A stretch of DNA of 47,416 nucleotides, from positions 1 to 47,416 of the forward strand of contig JANNVX010000102.1 in NCBI GenBank assembly GCA_031414595.1, in the 5' to 3' direction. Under the pieces are notes generated by a model. The model was not told the origin of the DNA and made no database searches. It was given only the letters and a program-made list of their open reading frames with translations. Shown here piece by piece: positions 18,511 to 28,276 of the stretch; positions within the stretch are counted from its first letter, which is position 1; every line of letters begins with the position of its first letter. The stretch comes from Deinococcales bacterium. GTDB lineage: Bacteria; Deinococcota; Deinococci; Deinococcales; JAAFIG01. The translations under genes were made by a program, and so were the position numbers.

Positions 18511-20502
18511 ATGGAAACTATTCGTCTGACTTGTCCACTTGATTGCCCCGATGCCTGTTCATTGCTGGTCAGCTTAGAGCATGGACGAGCCGTTAAGGTT
18601 GCTGGCGACCCAAACCATCCAGTCACCAAGGGATTTGCTTGCAGCAAAACGTATCGCTATCCAGAACGGGCATATCTCGAGACACGCCCCAAATTTCCTT
18701 TGCGTCGCAATTCGGCAGGGGTTTTAACTCGGGTTTCTTGGGATAACGTGCTGGATGAAATTGCCTCAAAACTTCAATCCATTCTCGAGCAGTACGGCGC
18801 ACAAAGCATACTGCCGTATCATTACGCTGGCACGATGGGCTTAATGCAGGGAACGCATGCCCATGCCCTGTTTAGAGCATTAGGTGCTATTGAACTCGAG
18901 GAGACGATTTGTGCTTCTACAGGCAGCGAGGCTTGGGCGCAAACTTACGGCTCGGCACGGTTTGGCACAAACCCAGAAGATGTCCCTAACGCCAAACTGA
19001 TTTTACTATGGGGAATTAACAGCTTAGCCACCAACAGCCATTTGACCCCGTTTTTAACCGCCGCTCGGCGAAATGGGGCAAGGATTATTCACATAGACCC
19101 GTACCAGAACAAAACCAGTTTATTTGCCGACCAGCACATTCGGATTCGCCCCGGAACAGATGCGGCTTTGGCGCTTGGTATAGCCAATATCATCATTTCA
19201 AAGAATTTGCACGACCAAAACTTTCTAAGCGCTAATGCTCGAGGCTTCGAGGCGTACCAAGAAGCAATGCAGCCTTGGACACTCGAGAAAACGGCAGAGA
19301 TAACAGGCATAGATGCCAGCGTGATTGAAGCCCTTGCCCTCGAGTACGCATACACAAGCCCCTCTTTTATTCGCACCAGTTATGGCATGACGCGGCATGA
19401 AGGCGGCGGCAACGCCCAACGAGCCGTGACGATGTTGCCGATTCTGACTGGACAATGGAAACATCTTGGAGGCGGAGCGCTTTTAAGTACCAGTGGGGCA
19501 TTTCAACTCAACCGCACTAAACTTGGGGCGGCGCATTTGATTAAACCCAGCACCCGCAAAGTCAACATGAATCAATTAGGCACTGCCTTAGAACCAGAAA
19601 ACGGCATTCAGGCGCTTTTTGTTTATAACTGCAATCCGGTGGTGGTTGCACCAGACTCGAGCCGTGTTATTGCTGGATTTAAGCGCCCAGATTTACTGAC
19701 TGTGGTTCTCGAGAATGCCATGACCGAAACTGCCGAACTTGCTGATTATGTACTGCCAGCCACAACTTTTCTCGAGCATCAGGATTTGTACACCGCCTAT
19801 GGGCATTACTACCTGAGTTATAACGAGGCAGCTTGCCAGCCGTACTTTGAATCGCGTTCCAACACTTGGATTTTTGGCGAATTGGGCAAGCGCCTTGGCT
19901 TGACCGAACCGAGTTTGTATTGGGACACTGAGACTCTAGCAAGGGAACTCCTGAACAGTGAGCATCAGTTCATCAAAGGCATTTCACTCGAGGCGCTTCA
20001 AGAACATGGTTTTGTGCGCTTAAACGTTCCAGAACAATTTATGCCCTACCTTAACGGCTCGAGTTTTACGGCTGATGGATTACTACACTTAGACCCAGCC
20101 CCACAGTACATTGCCCCCAAAGACGCACCCAACACCGAATTTCCACTAAAACTGATGACTCCGCCAGCCCATCACTTTTTGAACAGTACCTACGGCGAAT
20201 TACCAAAATTGCGGCAACTCGAGGAAAACCAACCTCAAGCCATGATTCACCCACTCGATGCTGAAAAATTTAATCTTCAAGACGGCGGTCTGATTCGGCT
20301 GGTCAGCCAGCAAGGCAGTGTCATCCGCCAAGCCAAAATCACCGACGCAACCTCTCGAGGGGTGGTGATTGTTGAGGGGACGTGGTGGGGAAAACACGCT
20401 CCAGACGGTTTAGGAATCAATACCCTGACCAGTCAAGCCGTCAATGACATCGCTGGAGGCAGTATTTTCCACAACACCCCGATTCGACTTGAGGCAATCT
20501 AA
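18511..20502 (+). CDS. Molybdopterin oxidoreductase family protein
   Basis: CPLDCPDAC...C Fe-S motif, TICAS, ADYVLPATT; C-terminal molybdopterin dinucleotide-binding domain. Confidence 0.92.
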   Translation: METIRLTCPLDCPDACSLLVSLEHGRAVKVAGDPNHPVTKGFACSKTYRYPERAYLETRPKFPLRRNSAGVLTRVSWDNVLDEIASKLQSILEQYGAQSILPYHYAGTMGLMQGTHAHALFRALGAIELEETICASTGSEAWAQTYGSARFGTNPEDVPNAKLILLWGINSLATNSHLTPFLTAARRNGARIIHIDPYQNKTSLFADQHIRIRPGTDAALALGIANIIISKNLHDQNFLSANARGFEAYQEAMQPWTLEKTAEITGIDASVIEALALEYAYTSPSFIRTSYGMTRHEGGGNAQRAVTMLPILTGQWKHLGGGALLSTSGAFQLNRTKLGAAHLIKPSTRKVNMNQLGTALEPENGIQALFVYNCNPVVVAPDSSRVIAGFKRPDLLTVVLENAMTETAELADYVLPATTFLEHQDLYTAYGHYYLSYNEAACQPYFESRSNTWIFGELGKRLGLTEPSLYWDTETLARELLNSEHQFIKGISLEALQEHGFVRLNVPEQFMPYLNGSSFTADGLLHLDPAPQYIAPKDAPNTEFPLKLMTPPAHHFLNSTYGELPKLRQLEENQPQAMIHPLDAEKFNLQDGGLIRLVSQQGSVIRQAKITDATSRGVVIVEGTWWGKHAPDGLGINTLTSQAVNDIAGGSIFHNTPIRLEAI

Positions 20503-20644
20503 TGCTACAGCACAACTAAAAACCGCCTTCTCGAGAAAATTGCAGGGTAAAACTTGGCGAATTTGGAAAGGAATTGCCTTCATTCAGTCGGCTCGAGCTT
20601 AGCCTGTGCTTTTCTTTTGCGCCAAATGACGTAAACTATCTGTA

Positions 20645-23113
20645 ATGACCATGAACCGTTTAGATGCCCGTGCGCGTTTGGTGTTCCATTACGCCCGTGA
20701 AGAAGCAGACCGCTTAGGTCATGCAGTGATTGAATCTGAGCATCTGCTGCTGGGTTTACTGCGTGAAGGTGGTACGGCGGCAGTGGTTCTTAATGCTTCA
20801 GGTTTGACCTTAGAGGCTGCACGACACCGCGTGGTGGAACTGATTGGGCGGTTTGATCGTTCAAGAGATGCGCCTCCTCCCGCGATTACAGCTTTGGCAC
20901 GGCGGGTCATGGATTTAGCGGGGGTCGAAGCCGCTAATTATCAGTCCTCTTTTATCAACACTGGTTTTGTTTTGTTGGGCATGATTCACGCTGGCGACGG
21001 CGTGGCAATGGGCATTATTAACCAGACTGCTGGTGGGACAAAAGCAGTACGCCGCGCCACACTCGCCGCCTTAAATTTGCCGCCAGATGCAATCCTTGAT
21101 ACCGAAGAATCTTCGCCGAACTCGAGCTTGTCGGGGATTGTGGCTGTTCCTGCCGATTCGGTACTTTCTCGGTTGTTTAACCGTGCGCCAGAACAAAATC
21201 TCGAGCCAAGTTTACCATTACCAGCACAAGTAATCCCTGAGATTCCTGTACAACCAATGCCTGAGATTCCAGCCCAGTCTTTAGGGAGTCAACTTCTCGA
21301 GCCAGAATTTACAAAAGCCCCAATCCCAGACCTCGAGCCTGTGCGTCATGCAGCAGAAACTTCCCTAGCCCAAATAGAACCTCGAGACGAAGAAATTCCG
21401 GATTCAATGCTGATGGATGAGGCATTTGAAGAAGTGCCGCCAGAAGTTGAAACTGTTCTTGTGCCTGAAACAACTGTAATTCCAGTGGTCGAAACCACAA
21501 CGCCAATATCAGTGCTTAACGAAGTAACACCAATTCGTGAACTTGACGAAATCACTCTAATTCCAGCACTTGAAGACGCACCACCTATTTCTAGCGAAAT
21601 AACACCCATTTTAGAAGTTCTACACCCAATCCCAATAATTAAAGCCGAGACAAATCTTATAGCCGATGTCATTGACCCATCGGCTAAGGTCACAGCCGAA
21701 GTTTTGGTCGCTGAAGTCGAAGTCATGCCTGAAGCAATTTTGCTACCAGAAAAACCAGATGTAGAACCTTCGCCAAATGATTCAACCGAGGGCTTACTGA
21801 TTAGCGATTTGCTTGAGACACCTTTTACCCATGACTCAAACTTGGTTTCGTATCAAACTCCTGCTTTGGCGGTGTTATCCCAGCCACAAGCGAATCTTGA
21901 GATACCAACAAACGAAGACTTCAATCAAACCATTGATTTTACGAATTTAGCACCAGAGACGATTGAAGAAGATAATTCTAGGTTAGTCTTATCTGAAATA
22001 GAAAATTTGGTTGATGCAGTCCAGCCAGAATTCCCTAGGCAGCCTGAAATTATTGAATCCATTCAAGTTCCCGAAATAACGCAACCAGAATCGTTTGTCC
22101 AAGCACTCGAGTCTATGGATTTTGCAACAAGTACCGAAATAGCGCTCGAAACCCCAGCCTTGCCCGAACTTATGGAGACCATAGAGGAATCCGCACCAAT
22201 TTTAAGCAACGATTTAACCCTTAAACCTGTACTCGAGAACGAATCTAAGTCTGGTCTTGAGAACGAATTTAAGTCTGTACTCGAGGAGAACATGTTGAGT
22301 GCTGCCTCAAATGCCTTGCCATTTGTACCACCAGCGCTGCTTAAAGTGGCTTCTTGGGATATGGTCACGGCTTCTAGTGTGATTAAGCGCCAAATTATTG
22401 CTTTAGGGGGCGGTGGGTTTTCGCAAGAATCGAGTAATTTGCTGCTAGACCAGTACATTCTCGAGGTGGCTAGTTCGGCTCGGGAAGTGGCAGTACCTAG
22501 GGTTTGTTTTGTCTCGACTGCCGCAGGTGATTCCGATGTCTACATTAAGCGGTTTTACAAAGCCTTTGAACAACTCAATTGCCAAGCCTCGCATTTACCG
22601 CTTTTTCATACCGAGGACTGGGCAGAAGACTTGGAGGACATGATTTTAAGTGCTGATGTGTTGTATTTTTCGGGTGGCAGTACCAAAAATGCCTTGGCAC
22701 TCTGGCAGGCGTGGGAACTCGAGCCGATTTTTAAGCAGGCTTACGAAGCTGGCACGGTCTTTACGGGCGTTTCGGCGGGTGCGATTTGTTGGTTTGAGCA
22801 GTTCACCACCGATTCTATGGGGCGCTCACTTGGGGTGATGAATGGCTTGGGTTGGTTACCCGGCTCGTTCACTCCGCATTATGACACCGAGCGTTTCCGC
22901 AAACCAATTTTAGAAAAATTCTTACGGGCGCAAAAAATCAGCCCTGGTTTTGCTGCCGATGACCACGCGGCTGTCCATTTTGTCAATGGTGAGTACATTG
23001 GCGCAGTGGCTTCTACCCCAACAGCCAAGGCATACCATGTGACTTTGGGACGTAACCGCCTTGTTGAATCACCGCTCGAGACTCGGTTTTTGGGTGAAGT
23101 ATCTGGTAGCTAA
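20645..23113 (+). CDS. Clp N-terminal domain - acidic linker - peptidase S51 (dipeptidase E-like) fusion
   Basis: AREEADRLGH...EHLLLGLLRE (Clp_N); ~420 aa E/P-rich linker; IIALGGGG, FSGGST, GVSAGA, PHYD (S51). Confidence 0.85.
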   Translation: MTMNRLDARARLVFHYAREEADRLGHAVIESEHLLLGLLREGGTAAVVLNASGLTLEAARHRVVELIGRFDRSRDAPPPAITALARRVMDLAGVEAANYQSSFINTGFVLLGMIHAGDGVAMGIINQTAGGTKAVRRATLAALNLPPDAILDTEESSPNSSLSGIVAVPADSVLSRLFNRAPEQNLEPSLPLPAQVIPEIPVQPMPEIPAQSLGSQLLEPEFTKAPIPDLEPVRHAAETSLAQIEPRDEEIPDSMLMDEAFEEVPPEVETVLVPETTVIPVVETTTPISVLNEVTPIRELDEITLIPALEDAPPISSEITPILEVLHPIPIIKAETNLIADVIDPSAKVTAEVLVAEVEVMPEAILLPEKPDVEPSPNDSTEGLLISDLLETPFTHDSNLVSYQTPALAVLSQPQANLEIPTNEDFNQTIDFTNLAPETIEEDNSRLVLSEIENLVDAVQPEFPRQPEIIESIQVPEITQPESFVQALESMDFATSTEIALETPALPELMETIEESAPILSNDLTLKPVLENESKSGLENEFKSVLEENMLSAASNALPFVPPALLKVASWDMVTASSVIKRQIIALGGGGFSQESSNLLLDQYILEVASSAREVAVPRVCFVSTAAGDSDVYIKRFYKAFEQLNCQASHLPLFHTEDWAEDLEDMILSADVLYFSGGSTKNALALWQAWELEPIFKQAYEAGTVFTGVSAGAICWFEQFTTDSMGRSLGVMNGLGWLPGSFTPHYDTERFRKPILEKFLRAQKISPGFAADDHAAVHFVNGEYIGAVASTPTAKAYHVTLGRNRLVESPLETRFLGEVSGS

Positions 23114-23151
23114 ATACCTCAGCTAAAAATATTCTGAACCAACTCTCAGCA

Positions 23152-23176
23152 GGGCGAACACAAGATTCGCCCCTTC
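23152..23176. repeat. Solo REP-like palindrome of the same family as the dnaE insert
   Basis: GGGCGAACACAAGATTCGCCCCTTC matches 22/25 positions of 32996-33020; lies between convergent genes. Confidence 0.65.
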
Positions 23177-23206
23177 TTTTCCTGCATTGGCAATCCATAG
23201 GACTAC

Positions 23207-23875
23207 TTAATGCCCACTGTTACGGATGCGCTCTTCTAAGGCATCAAGTTCTGGCTCGAGTTCTGGGTCTTGGCTTGAATGCACCAAAAATTCCCCAGGC
23301 ACAATTCGGCTTGTTCCAAGGCGCTCGGCACGTAAAACACTTTCTAGGTCGTCCACGGCGGTGGACAGTTCATCATTGACAATCACATAATCAAACTTAT
23401 GGTAATACTGCATGTCCTCAGTGGCTCGAGCCAGCCGCCTGCCAATCACATCCAAAGCATCTGTGCCGCGTTTTAATAAGCGCTGACGAAGTTTGGATAA
23501 ATTGGGCGGAACAAGTTGCACCAGCACCGCTTCGGGCATCAGGCGTTTAACGTTAAGCGCCCCAATGCGTTCGACATCGAGAATCACATCATTGCCAGCC
23601 TCGAGTTGCTGTTCGACTGCACGGCGAGGTGTACCGTACATATGACCGACAAATTCGGCATGTTCTAAAAAACCGGTCGTCTCGAGTTCATGAATAAAGG
23701 CTTCTCGAGTCTTAAAAAAATAATCCTTGCCATCCACTTCGCCTTTGCGTTGGCTTCTGGTTGTCCAAGAAACACTAAAGTACAAGTTATCGTCTTGGCT
23801 TAGCACATAGGATAAGACCGTGCCTTTGCCAACCCCGCTTGCACCAGACAAAACAAATAAAATTCCTCGCCGCAT
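23207..23875 (-). CDS. gmk: Guanylate kinase
   Basis: SGASGVGKGT, SVSWTTR...GEVDGKDYFF, YGTP. Confidence 0.97.
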   Translation of the reverse strand: MRRGILFVLSGASGVGKGTVLSYVLSQDDNLYFSVSWTTRSQRKGEVDGKDYFFKTREAFIHELETTGFLEHAEFVGHMYGTPRRAVEQQLEAGNDVILDVERIGALNVKRLMPEAVLVQLVPPNLSKLRQRLLKRGTDALDVIGRRLARATEDMQYYHKFDYVIVNDELSTAVDDLESVLRAERLGTSRIVPGEFLVHSSQDPELEPELDALEERIRNSGH

Positions 23876-23952
23876 GGCAAGCAGTCTAAACCAAATGGCG
23901 TAGTCAAGGCTTAAGACGTTTGACTTTACAAAATAAAGAGTAGAATAAGCCC

Positions 23953-24639
23953 ATGCCAGTGATCGCAGCCAATCATCAACTGATGCAATACCTCACACCC
24001 GAAGACAAATCCACTTTGGAACGTTTATGTCCACCGCGTAAATTCAAAAAAGGACAAGCCATTTATCGTTACCAAGACCGTGCCGACGACTTGTTTATTG
24101 TTCATTCAGGCAAAGTCAAAATCACTGCCCCAACTTCGGACGGCGGCGAACGGATTTTGTCGGTCTTAGGACCCGGGGATTTTTTTGGCGAGAGCTTTTT
24201 AAGTGGTCAAGAACGCCACACCACCGATGCAGTTGCCCTGACCGAACCAGTAATTGCCAGCCCAGTCTGCATTGATAAAATCCTAGAGCTGACCGCCAAA
24301 CAACCAACCATTGCCATTGCCTTGGCTCGGGTTTTAGCCCAACGGGTTCAAGAACTCGAGGCACAACTTGAAGCCACCACTTCCCCCGTCACAGCTCGAG
24401 TCGGTGGGGCGTTAATGGCATTTGCCGAGCGTTTTGGCTTAAAGATTGCTGATAAGACCAACCTTAAACTCGATTTAACCCACGAAGAACTGGCGGCTTT
24501 TGTTGGCAGCACCCGTGTGACTGTTACCAATGCGCTTGGCGAACTGCGTGACCTTGGCTTGGTAGTGGGTACTCGTGGCGAATACGAAATCAACTTGCCA
24601 GCTTTGCGTGAATACGTCGAAACGGCAAGTTTTATTTAA
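23953..24639 (+). CDS. Crp/Fnr-family transcriptional regulator
   Basis: cNMP domain (GPGDFFGE) plus HTH LTHEELAAFVGSTRVTVT. Confidence 0.95.
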   Translation: MPVIAANHQLMQYLTPEDKSTLERLCPPRKFKKGQAIYRYQDRADDLFIVHSGKVKITAPTSDGGERILSVLGPGDFFGESFLSGQERHTTDAVALTEPVIASPVCIDKILELTAKQPTIAIALARVLAQRVQELEAQLEATTSPVTARVGGALMAFAERFGLKIADKTNLKLDLTHEELAAFVGSTRVTVTNALGELRDLGLVVGTRGEYEINLPALREYVETASFI

Positions 24640-24683
24640 GAACGGTTCACATATCAACAGCATCAAAGCGTTAAACTACCCGC

Positions 24684-25436
24684 ATGAAACAATTTTGGGT
24701 GCTGCTTTTTGCCGTGTTGGTCTCGAGTTCACAAGCCCAAGCCCCTCGAGCTAATTTGCAAAGTTACAGTATTGTCAAGACCTATGCCCATGACCCAAAA
24801 TCCTACACCCAAGGTTTGGTCTGGAATGGCAAGGGTTTTTTTGAAAGCAGTGGCGGATACGGCACAAGCAGTCTGCGTGAAACCACGCTCGAGGGACAAG
24901 TGCTTAAAAACATTCCCGTGGACTCCAAGGTATTTGCCGAGGGTTTAGCTTGGCTTGGCAATAAACTCTATCAACTGACCTGGACAGACAAAAAAGCCTT
25001 TGTTTACAACGCCACAACCTTTAAGCTTGAGGGAACACGCAGCTACCAAACCGAAGGGTGGGGCTTAACCACTGATGGCAAAGAACTGATTTTATCCGAC
25101 GGTACAAACCAGATTTATTTCCTCGAGCCGAACACTTTTAAGGTGATTCGCAGCCTTAAAGTCAGTAATGCAGGTTCGGAAATCAGAAATCTGAACGAAC
25201 TTGAGTGGATTGAAGGCGAAATCTGGGCAAACATTTGGCAAACCGATTTAATTGCTCGAATTGACCCAAAATCTGGTGTGGTCAAAGCCTTTATTAACTT
25301 GGCGGGTTTGCGCCCAGATGCCACATTTGGTAACTCGGATGCAGTGCTAAACGGAATTGCCTATGATGCCAAAAGCAAACGCATTTTTGTGACTGGTAAG
25401 CTCTGGGATAAATTGTTTGAAATTAAAGTCAAGTAA
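24684..25436 (+). CDS. Glutaminyl-peptide cyclotransferase (secreted)
   Basis: HDPKSYTQGL, FAEGL, EGWGLT, LNELE, VLNGIAYD, TGKLW. Confidence 0.95.
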   Translation: MKQFWVLLFAVLVSSSQAQAPRANLQSYSIVKTYAHDPKSYTQGLVWNGKGFFESSGGYGTSSLRETTLEGQVLKNIPVDSKVFAEGLAWLGNKLYQLTWTDKKAFVYNATTFKLEGTRSYQTEGWGLTTDGKELILSDGTNQIYFLEPNTFKVIRSLKVSNAGSEIRNLNELEWIEGEIWANIWQTDLIARIDPKSGVVKAFINLAGLRPDATFGNSDAVLNGIAYDAKSKRIFVTGKLWDKLFEIKVK

Positions 25437-25602
25437 TTGACGTGTTATCATAACGGCAGTGTTTCGCTTCATGGATTTATTTGCTAAAATTTGTGGTTTC
25501 CGAGTTGCCTTTAACAGTCAGCGTTTTTAGCGCGGTTTTTTTACCCCGTTTGCTGGAGTCTAGACACGAGTTTAGTATAGCCAATTTAGAGGGATTCAGC
25601 TA

Positions 25603-25640
25603 ACTTATTTGACAAGATACTTATTTGACACTATAGTCAA
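25603..25640 (+). promoter_or_regulatory. Sigma70-type promoter of the padR-like gene with overlapping repeats (probable operator)
   Basis: TTGACA (25609-14), N17, TATAGT (25632-37), ATG 6 nt later. ACTTATTTGACA occurs twice (25603, 25619). TTGAC-N6-GTCAA palindrome. Confidence 0.75.
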
Positions 25641-25643
25641 TTC

Positions 25644-25970
25644 ATGAACACCAACCAAAAACAACTCGATTTAGATTTGGTGATCCTTGCTGTTCTCGAG
25701 CAAGAAGCGCTCTATGGACTGGAAATCATTAAAGAAGTTAAAAGCCGTACCAACAATACCCTCGAGTTCAAAGAAGGCAGTTTGTATCCAGCCCTGCACC
25801 GTCTTGTTAAACTGGGTTGGATAGACAGCGCATGGCAACCCAGCACCACGGGCGGCGCACCACGCAAATACTATGTGCTAACCGACGACGGGTGCAGCGC
25901 CTTGGTCAAGAAAAAACTCGAGTGGACAAAAGTAAAAACAGCACTGGATAGCCTGATGGGAGCAATATGA
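25644..25970 (+). CDS. PadR-family transcriptional regulator
   Basis: YGLEII, EGSLYPALHRL, PRKYYVLT. Confidence 0.95.
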   Translation: MNTNQKQLDLDLVILAVLEQEALYGLEIIKEVKSRTNNTLEFKEGSLYPALHRLVKLGWIDSAWQPSTTGGAPRKYYVLTDDGCSALVKKKLEWTKVKTALDSLMGAI

Positions 25971-27034
25971 AAACTCGAGCCATAGACAAATACATTCGCC
26001 GCGCCACGGCTGGCTTGCCGCAGTTCGAGCGCATAGACACAGCCGCCGAAATCAGGGTTAATCTGAATATCCGCGTTAAAGAACTGATGTGTGAAGGTCA
26101 CACTCGAGAAGAAGCCGAGTATTTAGCGATTAAAGACTTGGGTGATGCGTTTAGTACCAATCGGGCGCTTTTAGGTCATGCGTTTACCCACCGCCTAGGC
26201 TGGGTATTGGTAGCGGTTGCACTGCTTGGAATCTCGAGTTGGTGGGTATGGCAGCACCGTTGGGATTATTTTTGGGGAAGTACACAAATAGCTGCGATGG
26301 AACTCAACTCTCGAGATATGGATTACACTTTAAGAGCAGATAAGGAATTTGTTGAGCGAGCAAATTATAACAAATTTCGTCTTAGTTTACCTCGTGGTTC
26401 AAGAAGCATTGAAATTCTGTATGTAACACCTTTTTTATCAAGTTGGTATGTGATGGCTTCAAATTCACCCGATAAGTATTTCCCAACATCTCCTGATTCT
26501 ATCCAAAATCCAACTTCAATTGAGTTACTATTATGGACTGGAATTTCAAAAACCAAAAGTCGGAAAAACGGAGTCGAATATCATCAAATTAATTCTGTAA
26601 TTCACAGCCCAGATAAACCATTAAATGTAAAAGTCAATAGAGATAGTCAAGGTAAGCAAATACCAACTCTAGTACCATATCAATTCAATAGTAAGAGTTT
26701 TACGGGTATAGAATGGGCAACTATTCCTCACAATCTTGGCGTGTGGAACGACCCAAATTATGGTTCTGGGTTAAGTTCGATGGTTATGGAAGAACCAGAA
26801 GAACTTATTCTCAATCATTGGGTATTAATTCAAAATCTGAAAATTGCGCGATTGGGATATGCAAAACCGCCCAAAGTTCTACCAACAAGAAATGAAGTAT
26901 CTGTTTATTTGCGAGCTACGGACTTATCCCAAGAATCTGCTAAAGAAATAAAAGCAAAACTAATTCAGGAATATCCTTCTGAGTATTCGACATTCCGAGC
27001 TATGACATTGGATGGAAAACCGCTAATTAAGTAA
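25967..27034 (+). CDS. Membrane protein with permease-prefix-like N-terminus and a variable extracytoplasmic domain
   Basis: YIRRATAGLP...AEIR...EEAEYLAIKDLGD, then one TM helix; ATGA overlap with padR. Confidence 0.8.
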   Translation: MKTRAIDKYIRRATAGLPQFERIDTAAEIRVNLNIRVKELMCEGHTREEAEYLAIKDLGDAFSTNRALLGHAFTHRLGWVLVAVALLGISSWWVWQHRWDYFWGSTQIAAMELNSRDMDYTLRADKEFVERANYNKFRLSLPRGSRSIEILYVTPFLSSWYVMASNSPDKYFPTSPDSIQNPTSIELLLWTGISKTKSRKNGVEYHQINSVIHSPDKPLNVKVNRDSQGKQIPTLVPYQFNSKSFTGIEWATIPHNLGVWNDPNYGSGLSSMVMEEPEELILNHWVLIQNLKIARLGYAKPPKVLPTRNEVSVYLRATDLSQESAKEIKAKLIQEYPSEYSTFRAMTLDGKPLIK

Positions 27035-27052
27035 ACCCTGTAAACTCGAGCC

Positions 27053-28273
27053 ATGCAAACCCACCATCTCGAGTTGAACGACCCCGATTTTATCCGTAAC
27101 CCTTACCCAATACTTACAGAACTCCGCAATTCTCAACCCATTTTTTATGATGCCACTTGGAAAAAAGTCTTTGTCTTGCGTTATGACCATATTTCACAAC
27201 TCCTGCGTGATAAACGCCTTGGGCGGAGCATTTTTCATGTGTTGTCTCGAGACGAACTGGGTTTCCCACCGCCAGACCCGCGTTTAACCGCCTTTGATGC
27301 TTTTCAAGAACATCATATTCTGGATATGGAAGGCGGCGGGCATACGCGAATTCGAGGCTTGGTGCAGAAAGCCTTTACGCCTTCGAGGGTCGAGAACCTG
27401 CGTCTGAGAATCCAAGATTTGGTACGTGAAAGTCTCGAAGATTTACCTTCCACTTTTGATGCAGTCCATGATTTTGCCGAGCCGTTGCCCGTAACGGTGA
27501 TAGCTGAACTTCTAGGTGTCCCTAAACCAGACAGGCATAAACTCCGCCCGTGGAGTGCAGCGATTGTCAAACTCTACGAACTTGGCTACTCGGATGCCAC
27601 TGCCGAAGCTGGGAACACCGCCGTTCTCGAATTCTCGAGCTACATTCAAGAACTGGCGAGTCAACGCCGGCTCGAGCCACAGGATGATTTAATTTCTGCA
27701 TTGGTGCAAGTTGAAGAGGCTGGACACAAATTATCCAATGCCGAGTTAATTGCCAACTGCATCTTGTTTTTGAATGCTGGGCATGAAGCTACTGTCAATG
27801 GTTTATCCAGTGCGCTTTTGGCACTGCACAATCACCCAAGTGCCAAAGCCGAATTGGTCGCGGCGGTTTCGCAACCAGACACCGCCAAAATCTGGACAAG
27901 TGCGGTGGACGAATTGCTGCGTTTTGACACGCCATTGCCAATGTTTGAGCGCTGGGTTCTTGAGGACATGGAATTTGCTGGGGTGCAACTCAAAAAAGGT
28001 ATGGAATTAGCACTGATGTATGCCAGTGGCAACCGTGACCCAAATAAATTTGAAGCGGCGGACCAAATTATGCTGACTCGAGAACCGAATATGCACCTGA
28101 CTTTTGGACTCGGTACGCATTACTGTATTGGAGCGCCTTTGGCTCGGCTCGAGATGGATGTTGCCTTGCGGATGTTTTTAGAAAAATTTCCAAATTACAG
28201 TATTCCAGTGCAACCTCTCGAATACATGGGTTTTGTGATTCGGGGCTTAAAAAAATTGATGGTGGATGTGTAG
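27053..28273 (+). CDS. Cytochrome P450
   Basis: AGHEAT (I helix), ELLR, heme motif FGLGTHYCIG. Confidence 0.97.
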   Translation: MQTHHLELNDPDFIRNPYPILTELRNSQPIFYDATWKKVFVLRYDHISQLLRDKRLGRSIFHVLSRDELGFPPPDPRLTAFDAFQEHHILDMEGGGHTRIRGLVQKAFTPSRVENLRLRIQDLVRESLEDLPSTFDAVHDFAEPLPVTVIAELLGVPKPDRHKLRPWSAAIVKLYELGYSDATAEAGNTAVLEFSSYIQELASQRRLEPQDDLISALVQVEEAGHKLSNAELIANCILFLNAGHEATVNGLSSALLALHNHPSAKAELVAAVSQPDTAKIWTSAVDELLRFDTPLPMFERWVLEDMEFAGVQLKKGMELALMYASGNRDPNKFEAADQIMLTREPNMHLTFGLGTHYCIGAPLARLEMDVALRMFLEKFPNYSIPVQPLEYMGFVIRGLKKLMVDV

Positions 28274-28276
28274 CCC

